Shown here: positions 52,491 to 64,000 of the stretch, piece by piece
How the letters are laid out: every line of letters begins with the position of its first letter
How positions within the stretch are numbered: the first letter of the stretch is position 1
Source of the DNA: Octopus vulgaris
Taxonomy: Eukaryota
Length of the DNA: 64,000 nt
Direction of reading: 5' to 3'
Assembly: GCA_951406725.2 (NCBI GenBank)
Contig: OX597817.1
Location: 119,598,001 to 119,662,000 of the forward strand
Program-made: the position numbers and the translations under genes
The notes under the pieces: generated by a model
Seen by the model: only the letters and a program-made list of their open reading frames with translations
Databases searched by the model: none
Told to the model about the DNA's origin: nothing

Positions 52491-52526
<36 letters not shown>

Positions 52527-52699
52527 TCGTTAGTTTATTGGCCACAAGGGCTAACAAAAATCAATTAAAACATAAGGGGACAAACCACAGGATGAAAGTT
52601 ACAAAGGGTTTTGCCCGTTTGTAAAAGTCCATGTACAAAAGCAGGATGACAACGGAAAATAAGTAACAATTAAAACTCCCAACAGGGGGAGGCACAACA

Positions 52700-52736
<37 letters not shown>

Positions 52737-53100
52737 GGATTATTACAAAGAAGCATAGCACTACCTTTAATTCTTTATGTATGTGTATATATATATATAT
52801 ATATACATAAATAGACCTTAGACCTACACATGTTTCTACTTAATGGCAGTAGGAGAGAATATGGACCTTTCCAGGTTGTATAGAGAGTGCTGGAGTCAGT
52901 TCACATGCATAGGATCTGTCCAAGGGCAGGCCACCACTACACACTAATTTCTGAGTGAGGTGAAAATCCGCCAGTTAGCATTATATTATATTTGGTTCTT
53001 CATCTAACCAACCCTAAATACACTACTTGCATGATAGTAACACTCATTTACAGCTATCATGTGATGTCAAGGCAAGGAAACAGTAAAATACACTCACATA

Positions 53101-53149
<49 letters not shown>

Positions 53150-53527
53150 GGTTTTATCTCTTTTACTTTGTTCAGTCATTAGACTGTGACTATGTCAGGG
53201 CACTAACTTGGACAAGTTTTTTAGTCAAATGAATTAACCAAAGTACTTATTTTTTTGAGCCTGGTACTTATTCTATCAGTCTCTTTCCCAAACCACTAGG
53301 CTATGAGGGATGTAAACACACCAGTACTTCTTGCTGGGTGGTGATGGAGGACAAACACAAACACACACATATGACAGGTTTCTTTCAGTTTCCGTCTACC
53401 AAATCCACTTACAAGGCTTTGGTTGGCATGAGGCTATAGTAGAAGGCACTTGCTCAAGATCCCATGGCATTGGACTGAACCCGGAATTATGTGGATGGGA
53501 AGCAAACTTCTTACCACACAGCCATGC
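53150..53527 (-). mobile_element. SINE family A, older copy
   Basis: ctttcagtttccgtctaccaaatccact...ggctatagtagaaggcacttgc...ggactgaacccgg...cttaccacacagccatgc, followed by a partial second head at ~53530-53630. Confidence 0.85.
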
Positions 53528-53990
53528 TATTCAGTAGAGTACTTTTCCCAAGGTCCTACATAGGGAGACCAGACCTGAAACCACACGGCTACAAAGCAAA
53601 CATCATAGCAACAAAGCCTGCTGCACTAATCATATATTTGTAAACCACCAATAGTTGGAAATCTAGATATAGCTTAGTTTACATATTGCAAATTTGCTTT
53701 AAAAAAAATTGAGAATTATCTATTTCCTTTCAAAAAGAACTTCTATTTTCAAAGTAAAAATAAGTAATACATTTTAAAATATATACTTTCTCAGAAATTT
53801 AAATTCTAACAGAAACCAAATTTCAACCCAACCACCACCAAAAGCTTACAAAAAAAGTTAATTTTGATTGTTGTACAATCATAATCAATACATAGTAATT
53901 TAACGTATTCTATTCCTTTATTTGATTATTAGCTTTCTGAATGCAAATATATTGTGTGTTTGAAAATCAGTTCTTTCAAATTTGAGCAGA

Positions 53991-53993
<3 letters not shown>

Positions 53994-54039
<46 letters not shown>

Positions 54040-54079
54040 TATATATATATACATATATATATACATATATATATATACA

Positions 54080-54135
<56 letters not shown>

Positions 54136-54154
54136 CATACACATATATATACAG

Positions 54155-54190
<36 letters not shown>

Positions 54191-54200
54191 AGAGAGAGAG
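53994..54200. repeat. Long (TA)n/(CATA) microsatellite, representative of many. Others include 11378-11456 (GT/GA), 17448-17648 (CT/CA), 20655-20750, 21045-21120, 21446-21660, 26680-26830 and 56505-56590 (TAG/TAA)
   Basis: Directly visible simple repeats; they generate the [14 protein letters not shown] ORFs in the ORF track. Confidence 0.95.
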
Positions 54201-56294
54201 AAAGGATATATACATTCATACATTTATTTATACACACATGTGCACACACATTAACATGCACATATGCACACAAACACAGATATTCACATCTGTACATATT
54301 GACATATATATTTGTGTGTATGAGTACAAATTTTCTTTTTACTACTGTGGAATCAATGAAATGATAAAAAAGTGTTTGATAACTGCGAAATATTTTTTAC
54401 TATGATTATAGTTCTTAACTTAGATCAGGGAAAATTTTTATTTCCTTTATTTCATTTTAGTTAGTCTATGAGTTTGCATGTGTGTTTATATTTGTATGTG
54501 TATGTGTATTAAATATTGCTGATTTGATTATTTATCTTTGTTTCATTTGTACAATTTAACCAGTTTGGTACAAAGAACTAGTAACAGTAACAGCAACACC
54601 ACTAGTCAATTTCTATCCACATCCCAAACATCTAGTAAACAACCAGTCTGTTGCTGCTAACAAATATAAGAACAATAGTATCTCCCCTATCAATGGCAAC
54701 AAAAACTTAATCGCCTTCAACATTTCTGTCCCCAATTGTAACATCTAAAATAAAAACATTTCTCTGAATGTTGTACAAGAGAATCAAGTTGAATAGAAAA
54801 TAGTATGAATGCTCATAATGATGGTAGTAAAACAATTCCTTGATGGAGCAAAATAGGAAACATTAATAAACATCTTGAGCTTGCTTAGCATTTCATTCAA
54901 AGCATTATTTTATTTAGTTCTAAAGTTAGTACTCAGCTTGTGATTGAAACAACTGAGTTTATTACTGTGAAGAAAGAAAATAAACAGTGTTAGCTAAACG
55001 AAAACAAAACTAAATGAAAGAAACAAAGGCATACAATACAGTATAAGAATTTGCTTCTCATAAAATTTCATGAAATTATTTGAACTTAAGACCAGCAATT
55101 AATGTGATTTGCAGTAAATATAAATAATTCTACATGGCTTTACCAACTTCCTTTTATTTCATGTAACTTCTAACCTTTTGTTTGTTTCCTTCTGGCCTTA
55201 AATTGATAAAATACATCATAGGTATGAGTGGGTGTTATGATATTGATTGCAAAGTTATATGCTAAAACAAGCATCGTCTGTATTGTCTAATTTATATTAC
55301 TGGCAGAAACTCCAGTCATATATCTTAATTTGTGTTTCTCTGAGAACTTTTAGAATATTCAAAGCAAAGGTTTATATTTATAAGCCTTAAAACATTCAGA
55401 GCTCAAGCTATCAGTGATCAGCAGCACTCTATTTATATATATATATACTGCCACAACTATCACACTATGTTCTTAGACAAGGTATTTTATTTTAGTTTTA
55501 TTAGACAGACTTAAAATAAATCCATCACTTTTCATCATTAATTTAGTGAGCATTTTTAAAGAGTATTAAGCAATAAACATGCATAATTTATTATATTATA
55601 AGCACATAGGGAAGGAAATAAGTACAAAAGTACAAAATAATAAAAGAAGTATAGACTAAAATGTAGAAATTTAGTTTCAGAATGTTAACATTATTTACCT
55701 TGCCTTAGTTTTCATCTGACTAGATTGGAAAGTTCAGTATGGTATAATTGATGATGCATAGACATGCACAAAGGCTACAGCATCTGCAGAGATTCCTTGA
55801 TGATGAGAACATATAGTTACTATTTGTTAGATATATATCTTCCCTACGAGTTATCTCTTTGATGGAACTGCTGTCATGGGTCCAGCAAAAATTAACATAG
55901 TTGCCTGGCATTTGAAATGCTGTCAAATGCTTGTTGTTCTCTACCAGTTAAGCAATGCAATATTTAATTATATTACTATTACAACCACTGCTACTAACAC
56001 CTGTTCTTACTTTATCATTTGAAGAAACCTTCGGTGACTAAATGCAATACTTACAAAATATAAAATATGTAGACTATATGTCTGGAAACCTTAACTTTTG
56101 AGACCAAAATTAAACAAGGTGAATCTAGGAATGTTTGAAAGCTTCCCCAAGGTAATTTTAAAAACTTTGTTTTTATAAAAAGTAAAGCAGAGTACTATTT
56201 AAATTCTTCTAGATGACACATTTTAAGTGAAGGGGGCTTGTTGATTATACATTTTGAGGGAAGGGAGCAAATAATAATAATAATAATAATTCGT

Positions 56295-56505
56295 TCTATG
56301 ATAGGCATGAGGCCTAAAATTTTGGGGAGGGGACTAATCAATTACATCGACCTCAGTGTTACAGTGGTACTTAATTTATCGACCCCTAAAAGGAGGAAAG
56401 GCAAAGCTGACCTTGGCAGCATTTGAATCCAGAATGTAAAGACAAATGAAATGCTGCTAATCATTTTGCCCAGCATGCTAACGATTCAGCCAACTCATTA
56501 CCTTA
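56295..56505 (-). mobile_element. SINE family B variant (alternative tail). Further decayed copies at ~5025-5240 (+), 14010-14200, 43040-43200, 44620-44770, 48480-48690 and 62480-62680 (all -)
   Basis: All listed loci share the core tcgacctcagt...tggtactta...gacccc..aagga.gaaaggcaaag...atttgaa. Confidence 0.8.
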
Positions 56506-56529
56506 ATAATAGTAGTAGTAGTAGTAGTA

Positions 56530-56590
<61 letters not shown>

Positions 56591-56934
56591 TGGAAAATAA
56601 ATGTTGACCTTTCCTTTGAATTTAGAGGTAATTAAGAGAATATTACAATTACTGGTGCATGTAACAGAGTTATTAAATTGACTGCTTAGTAACCAAACAT
56701 TACATCAAGATTTCAATAGCTGGTTAAGAAGAATATAGATAACATCAATTACTAAGCAATTAGATCATAAGTACTATCTGTAATGGAAAAGTGAATTAAA
56801 GCTACCAAAGAATAATTTGAGCAACATCTCGCTGTCAGCAGTTATGATACGTAATGTATCTCATTAATATATGCTTCATGAGTCTGAGGAATTTAGTTAG
56901 CCTTTTTATGAAAAGATATTCCATTATAACTTTT

Positions 56935-57520
56935 AGCTTTTACTTCTTTTGATCATTAGACATCAGCCACAACTTTAAACCTTTAGTATTTAAACCGACC
57001 ATATCCAGCCAAAATAGTTAATCTGTTTTATGTTCAAACTGACCAGATCCAGGCTCTCACACCTACCCTACAATGTTATTCCACATTAGGTAATTACACC
57101 ATCAAGGTCTTGAAGATATGAGATAATGCATGATTAATTCAAATCAATGTGAATCAAGAGGCATTATGTTTGATTGAATAATCTGAACACTAAATGGTTA
57201 AATGTTTAGTTGAACTGGCCCCATTATTTTCTTCTAAGTTGAGTACTTATTCTACCAGTTACATTTGCTGAACTGCAAAGTTACGGGGATGTAAACAAGC
57301 CAACACCAGTCGTCAGATGGCAGTGATGGACAAACACAAAGACATAGATGTGTGTGTATGTGTGTCTGTAGTCAGTAGGCATACACACCCACCAGTTATT
57401 CACAAGGCATTAGTTGGCCTTGGGTTATAGTAGAAAACACTTGCCCAAGATGCCATGCAGTAGGACTGAACATGAAACTATGTGGTTGTAAAGAGAGCTT
57501 CTTAACCACATAACCATGCT
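56935..57520 (-). mobile_element. SINE family A interrupted by a piggyBac-like MITE
   Basis: Tail at 56935-56974; body and head at 57202-57520 (acacttgcccaagatgccatgcagtaggactgaac). Confidence 0.75.
56979..57197. mobile_element. piggyBac-like MITE, family P1, copy 2 (nested in a SINE)
   Basis: TTAA at 56975-56978 and 57198-57201. Internal sequence (aaactgaccagatccaggctctcacacctaccctacaatg) is the reverse complement of copy 1. Confidence 0.75.
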
Positions 57521-59586
57521 TTTAAAGAGAAAAAAACGTTTCCTAAAAGTTTCCAAATTGGACATTGTAACAGTATAGCTCCTTGAATATATAGCCTCCT
57601 CAACTTTTCTTTAAGTATGGTTTTCTGCACTTGAACATAATTGTTTAAACCATTCTTTAAAATGCATTAGGATATATGCTGACACTGTTTCTAGCTCTCC
57701 ATTCATATCAATATCTATCTATACACACACATATATACATATATCACACCCATAAACATATCATTAGACAAGATACTTTTTAATAGCAATGAATAGGAAA
57801 TTGATTTAAAATCTGCAATTAGTATCTATCAACAAAACCAAATAAGAAATAAGCTCTAACAACACACAAAGATATCATGGAGAAGTATAGTCAACCTATT
57901 AGAAAAAAAAAAAGACATGTTTATCCCAAAACTGTGGTATGAAATATTTCAGAACAAAATACTGAAGTACAATACATTTAGTCTATAACACTTGAGAATA
58001 AGGTCAACAGTTTCAGATTTGGTTTAAAAAAAAGTATTCATACACTTCAGACAAAGGCACAAAAGATATAAATGAAATTTAAGGTGAAGTCTATTCTAGG
58101 TGAATGTCAATATAGAAAAGTTTTTATATTATTAAAGAATATTGATAATTTAATGGTAAAAATGATAAAATAAATCAACAAACTATATATTTCAACCAGA
58201 ATTTTTTTTTAAAAAGCAATCAAATTTAGAATTAAATTTACTTTCATATTTATTAAAAGTTCACACATATTTTTGATATAATTAAATTTGGAATGTACTT
58301 TTGTTACAAACTTCAACAGTTTTCATCACGTAAATTTCATTTCAGAAGTCTTTTTCATGCTAAATGCATAAATAACCAAAAAGGAAATACTTAAATTTTT
58401 ATTCATCTTAAAAAGCTCACATTCTTCCTTATAAGCTAAAAGATAAAAACTTAAATTTGACCTTCACATTGATCTGTACATCTTCCATTATCCTCTTCTA
58501 CTCTAAGAATATAACAAACTTGTTGATTTATTTTTTTCTATATTTTTTTATTTTTTCAATACATTGATTTTCTATCAGGATATTGCACCAATATGATGTC
58601 TCTTTATCTTAAAATCTATTGCAAAAAATAACAAAAAAAAAATCATATGATTTTATTGTTTCTCATATAGTACTGTATATTTCTTTATGTATTATATCAA
58701 ATGGCATTGAAACAGATGAAGAACTGATAAGAGCTCAAACATTTTGATCAAGACTTTGAACTATGATATAACATGAGCAGAAAGAAAAATATATGGCAAA
58801 AGCACCTTTAAGTGATAAATAAATACAAATAATGAAATGGGGATACTTTTTAATGGCCTTCACACACACACATACACATATATGTGTGCACACAGATGTA
58901 TGTGGGTGTAAGCCATTGAAATGTGAACTAAAACCACTTTGCCAAAGTTCACTTATGTGTATATATATAGACTGTATACTATCTATCAATGTATCTCAAC
59001 ACACACATACACACATAAATAAAACTTGTTGCTGGACAGTAGTTAGATGCAGCAAATATATAGAAGAAACTCTCACACAGATGCATGCATTTATGTACTT
59101 ACAAGTGTACACTTGTGTGCACAAATATCTGTACACACAAAATTTTCAATTGAAGATCCCCAATGATTTTATCTCTATTCAACAATATCTCTCCTCCTAT
59201 CAGTGTTAAAAGGCATTTCAAGCCAGTACTCTACAGTTTCAAAATACATATCATACAGATATTCACAAAGTATTTTATAAAACACAAGAAATGCATTGAT
59301 CATAAAATACAAGTTATGAAATCTTGCCATAATTTAATATTTTCACGTAATAGATCATCAGGGAGTTCTACACACACAATCACACACACTCACACAAACA
59401 TGCACACACACACACACACATACACACACGGGCACGCATGCATGCATGCACACACACACACCTTTTATCTTTTACTTGTTTTAGCCATTGAAATGTGGCC
59501 ATGCAGGGGGACTACCTCAAAAGGTTGTAGATTTCTAAAAGTAAGTGAATATATATATGTCTCTGTGTGAATATGTATATATATAC

Positions 59587-59624
<38 letters not shown>

Positions 59625-59625
<1 letters not shown>

Positions 59626-59920
59626 GAGGCGCAATGGCCCAGTGATTAGGGCAGTGGACTCGAGGTCATAGGATCGTGATTTCGATTCCCAGACTAGGCA
59701 TTGTGATTGTTTATTGAGCAAAAATACCTAAACCTCCAGTCGGAGATGGTGGCAAACCCTGCTGTACTCTTTCACCATAACTTCCTCTCACTCTTACTTC
59801 CTGTTTCTGTTGTGCCTGTAATTCAAAGGGCCAGCTTTGTCACACACTGTGTCATGCTGAATATCCCCTGGAACTAAATTAAGGGTACACATGTCTGTGG
59901 AGTTCTCAGCCACTTGCATG
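59625..59920 (+). mobile_element. tRNA-derived SINE family C
   Basis: Head ggaggcgcaatggcccagtgattaggg...tttcgattcccagac. The first ~110 nt match 62915-63023; the tail (gggccagctttgtcacacactgtgtcatgctgaat) is shared with 44275-44500. Confidence 0.9.
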
Positions 59921-60741
59921 CCAACAACAACAACAAATATATATATATATATAAATTCAGGGTGAATACTTGATAAATGTAAGCACCTGTATATGCCAGC
60001 TAGTAGCATATGTGAGAGGATATATGTATCAAATGAAATAAAATGAAAAACAGGACACAAAGGATGTCACGGTACATATGTTTCGAGCTTTATAGAACAA
60101 CTTATATATATATATATATGTATGTATGTATGTATAGATTTGCATGTATCATCACCATCATTAAAAGGCCTGGGTTGAACACTTTGACAGGATACAGAGA
60201 GCTGTAGAGTTGCATTAAGTTCCAATCTCAGCTTTGGAATGGTTTCTATAGCTGGATGCCCTTTCCATGTCAACCATTTTACAAAGTGCACTGGGAAGAT
60301 TTTGTGTGCCACACTAACAAGATTGCCAAGTAACTTGCAAAGCAAGATAAATGAATGGAACAAGAAGGAAAAGAAGAGGAAGGAAAAGATAAAAGAGAAA
60401 ACCTGCTTGTCTAAATGGTAGCATGGAGTTAATAGTTAAGAGTGAGAGGAGTAATGGTTTTATGCTAGGCAACTGAGTGGCTAGAGAGTGATGGAAGAAC
60501 AAACTCTGTAATAGAAATACAAGATTTCCTTGTGTTATATATGGATGGATGGGAATAGAGAGCTGGAAAGACAGAGGTGGTGATGGGATACAGGAGCATC
60601 TCAAGATTCAGTGGATCATGAGGGGAGGTGGGGGGGAGAAAAAGGGTAGAAGTGCATGGCATGAGTGATGCTGATTGATATGGTAAGTTAAGTGTAACAG
60701 TTGATATGATAGGGCATTGAGAGTGATAGCAGGTATGAGAG

Positions 60742-60783
<42 letters not shown>

Positions 60784-60785
<2 letters not shown>

Positions 60786-61000
60786 TTCTTATTTCTTTAC
60801 TGCCCACAAGGGGCTACACACAGAGGGGACAAACGGATTAAGTTGATTATATCGACCTCAGTACGTCACTGGTACTTATTTAATTGACCCCAAAAGGATG
60901 AAAAGCAAAGTCGACCTTGGCAGAATTTGAACTCAGAACGTAGCGGCCGATGAAATATGGCTAAGCATTTCACCTGGCGTGCTGACGTCTCTGCCAGCTT
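60784..61000 (-). mobile_element. SINE family B monomer
   Basis: Matches 39082-39312 (gcccacaaggggct...ctggtacttat...ggatgaaaagcaaagtcgacc...gaactcagaac...ctgccagct). Confidence 0.9.
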
Positions 61001-62749
61001 GCATATGTCTATTTTCACTTAATAATTCATAAGAGAATAAAGGAGAGAAACTTTGTCTTTTTCATAATGACAACCAATATGCGTAGAAACATCCTTTGTT
61101 TCCTATACTTTTTCACACATTATTCAAGGATTATTTTCTTCATTTTTTCTTTTAATATTCTAATTTTGTTAAGGGTCATAAAGAGAGCATCAGGACCATA
61201 TGGTGCAGACCAGACCTAAGCCTAAAGAGAATTGATTATTTATAGCAATATATTATATATTCTTATTGATCATTTCAATTTACACAGTTGATCCAGAATC
61301 CATCCTGGAAGCCTTATAAATTTTAGTAGTCACAATATTAAGTATCTATCTTTATTATTAAGAATAAAAAATATCAAATATAAATACGATCATTTTATGT
61401 TAATGTTTTCTGAAATACATTCCCTTGACCAGAAGCCATAGTTAACATGAAACAAAAATAGAAATTCAGTTTTTAGCATAACAGGTTAATATGTAAATTT
61501 TCAAAATCTCCAAGAAACACTGTGTAAATCAAACATTAGAGAACATGAACTCAATAAACTTGTTTCTCTTTACCAAATCCTAATTACGCTTCTAAGAATA
61601 TAAAGAAGCACAAAAGAATAATTCAAAGAAGTGATTGAAATAAAAAAAAAATTAAATTGAAGTTTCTAAATTGGAATGGCTGCTGGGCGAAGATAATAAT
61701 CCAAGAAACTCTATCTTAATTTGAGTAAAACACAATTCTATGATTATTTATTGCTGAAAGCATTTTAGATAATAATAATAATTACTATACATGTGTTTAA
61801 GTGTGAGTTTGTATGCACACACACACACACACAGACAGACATAACTTACATACACACACAAAAATATACATTAAATATACATAAATCTGTAGATTGGCAT
61901 GTTTTTAAATTTGATTTGTTTTTTTTTATATATTTTATATTACTATATCAGTATTTAAAATCTATTTTCCATTTAGTATTTTGACTTCTTTAAAAATAGA
62001 CTTTATTAATTCTTTACAAATTGTGCCGAAGTTTTAAACAGCTATTCCAAAATAAGAAACAATAAACCTAATCATTTTCCTTAATTAAATATCATAATGT
62101 CCGTTTGAGGAAATTGAAAGGAAAAAAGAGCATTTTCACATGAATATTTTTATTTAAACTGTGTAAATTTCATGTAAATGTAACACATTTAAAAATTTTT
62201 TAAATGCTTATGAAGGTCTGTATTCATGAATCTTGTAATATATTTTAAACTTTGAGAGCTTCTGCAAAATTTATATGATATACTAAAATAACATCAGAAA
62301 ACTCCTTACTCTCTTTAAACAAAAAACATATTTGAAATTCAAAGCATCAAGAAAAATATTCATCAGAATTAAGATAACGAGATGTAGCAGTTAAATGAGC
62401 TGTTGAATCCACTCCCTCCATATCATAGTTTTATCTAAACAGAGCACTAGAATAACTCAACAACACAGTTAATATTGGTTTAAAATTTTGACACAAGGTC
62501 AGGAAGTTCAAGGGAGGGAATAAGGTAATTACATCAACCCTAGTACTCATCTGGCACTTATTTCATCAGCCTAGAAATGGTGGAAGGCAAAATTAACCTC
62601 AGTGAAATTTGAACTCAGAGTGTAAGGATGGAAAAAATGCTGATAAATGTTTTGTCCAGCATGATAACGATTCAGCCTGAACAACATAAATATTACCTAA
62701 TAAAATAATCATAAAATGCATAAAAATTATCTTTAAAAAGTAGTATTAA

Positions 62750-63023
62750 TGTGATCACGTGACCAACCAGGCTATCAGATATTGCTACACATTGCTGGTC
62801 ACAATGCGCTTCGCACTGTTTTAGCCTTCAAATGACGCCACCCCGCTGGTTAAGCGAGCAGGCCAACAGAAGAAAGAGTGAGAGAAAGTTGCAGCGAAAG
62901 AGTACAGCAGGGAGCTTTAGTTGTTTTCGCTCAATAAACACTCACAACACTCGGTCTGGGAATCGAAACTGCGATCCTTCGACCGCCAGTCTGCTGCCCT
63001 AACCACTGGGCCATTGCACCTCC
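62750..63023 (-). mobile_element. tRNA-derived SINE family C, young copy with 8-bp target-site duplication
   Basis: Minus-strand head ggaggtgcaatggcccagtggttaggg...gtttcgattccc (A and B boxes). TSD AGTATTAA at 62742-62749 and 63024-63031; CpG-rich. Confidence 0.9.
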
Positions 63024-63604
63024 AGTATTAACGTAGACTCCTATTATAGCTAAAATTAGAACAGTGATCAGGAAAGTTAGAGATAGGACAGTTTATAATC
63101 CTGCACCATGTGTGTGTGTGTGTGTGGGTGTGTGTGCATGTAAATATATATGTGGGTGTGTGTGCATGTGAATAAACACTGAGCTTTAGTTAACAACTAT
63201 TACTACGAAACCTTTGTAAATGCAAAGGCTAAAAGAGTAAATCCCCAAGAGAAAATCTAGAGTGGAGTCCTAATGCAAATGATCAGACTGTTTATCTTCC
63301 TTTCATCAGCATTTGTAACCAAACGATAACCAAACATTTTGCTTCCACAGTCTTTTTGACAACATTAGTGAGGTTGAAAGAAGATAATGATGTCTGAATA
63401 CTTCAGGTTTTGTATATATATAGGAAAAATTACGTAGTTTCTCCTACATTTGCTCTGTATATCATAACTAGTAATACTTCTATGTATAGTGGTAGCTAAA
63501 TCATGGAAGTGAAGCAGACTGTGTGATGAAAATCTATGTAGAGATCTAAAGCTCAACAGTAGCAGTTGTACATCTATTTGTATGCACAAGATATACTACA
63601 GGTG

Positions 63605-63643
<39 letters not shown>

Positions 63644-64000
63644 TGTATATAGTCATTTAATATTTAACACATTATAATAGCTACATATCCAGAAATTTTA
63701 TTATATTGAAATAATTTCACTGAATCAAAAGATGTAGTTTAATACACAATCACTGGTTCCACCCTCAGCCAAACATACTAACTCATCTTACAGTCTTTTT
63801 ACTTTATATTTATAACTACTATAGTTAATTGCAGGTTAAAACTTAGCATTTTAATTCAATGTTGCTGACCTATCAGTTAGCTAAAAGCTACACTAATTTT
63901 CAATCTATATCTCAAACTTTAGGTGTATGAAATAACAAAAATAAATAGTGTTAATATCTAATATAAAACCTTTCTAAGTAACAGAAGAACTGTTCAATTA

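Noticed and set aside
55699-55926. Cys-rich 68-aa ORF with a nearby AAG|GTAAAT donor
   Set aside because: No acceptor or recognisable domain; cannot be distinguished from chance, though a UTR exon is not excluded.
59625-59700. tRNA-like sequences (also 62950-63023, 44275-44345, 24118-24190, 32080-32145)
   Set aside because: They are SINE heads continuing into SINE bodies, with no proper acceptor stem or terminator.

Overview
Very AT-rich eukaryotic genomic DNA, full of (TA)n/(CA)n/(GA)n/(AAT)n microsatellites and tRNA-derived SINEs that I recognise as typical of Octopus (coleoid cephalopod) genomes; the organism is an inference. It is not prokaryotic: there are no operons, rRNA genes, true tRNA genes or CRISPR arrays, and essentially all ORF-track entries are microsatellite, SINE or random ORFs. 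The window looks like the intron-rich 5' part of one large minus-strand gene. A 73-nt exon (8436-8508) starts at ATG and encodes a signal-peptide-like sequence (MVNILQGIILALTYSIHLSNA-VNP), and candidate upstream exons lie at 19606-19788 and 43577-43651. The introns hold at least four SINE-like families, a decayed DD37D (maT) Tc1/mariner element, Tigger/pogo-like and piggyBac-like MITEs, an R2-Hero LINE relic, a probable RTE 5' relic and Penelope-type hammerhead-ribozyme relics. Best leads: (i) a gap-free 94-bp-arm hairpin between (TA)n tracts at 21226-21440; (ii) a pre-miRNA-like hairpin at 34770-34851; (iii) a hypothetical spliced 82-codon uORF whose stop codon would be created by splicing and overlap the main ATG (TG|ATG); (iv) inverted repeat pairs that could be ADAR substrates.
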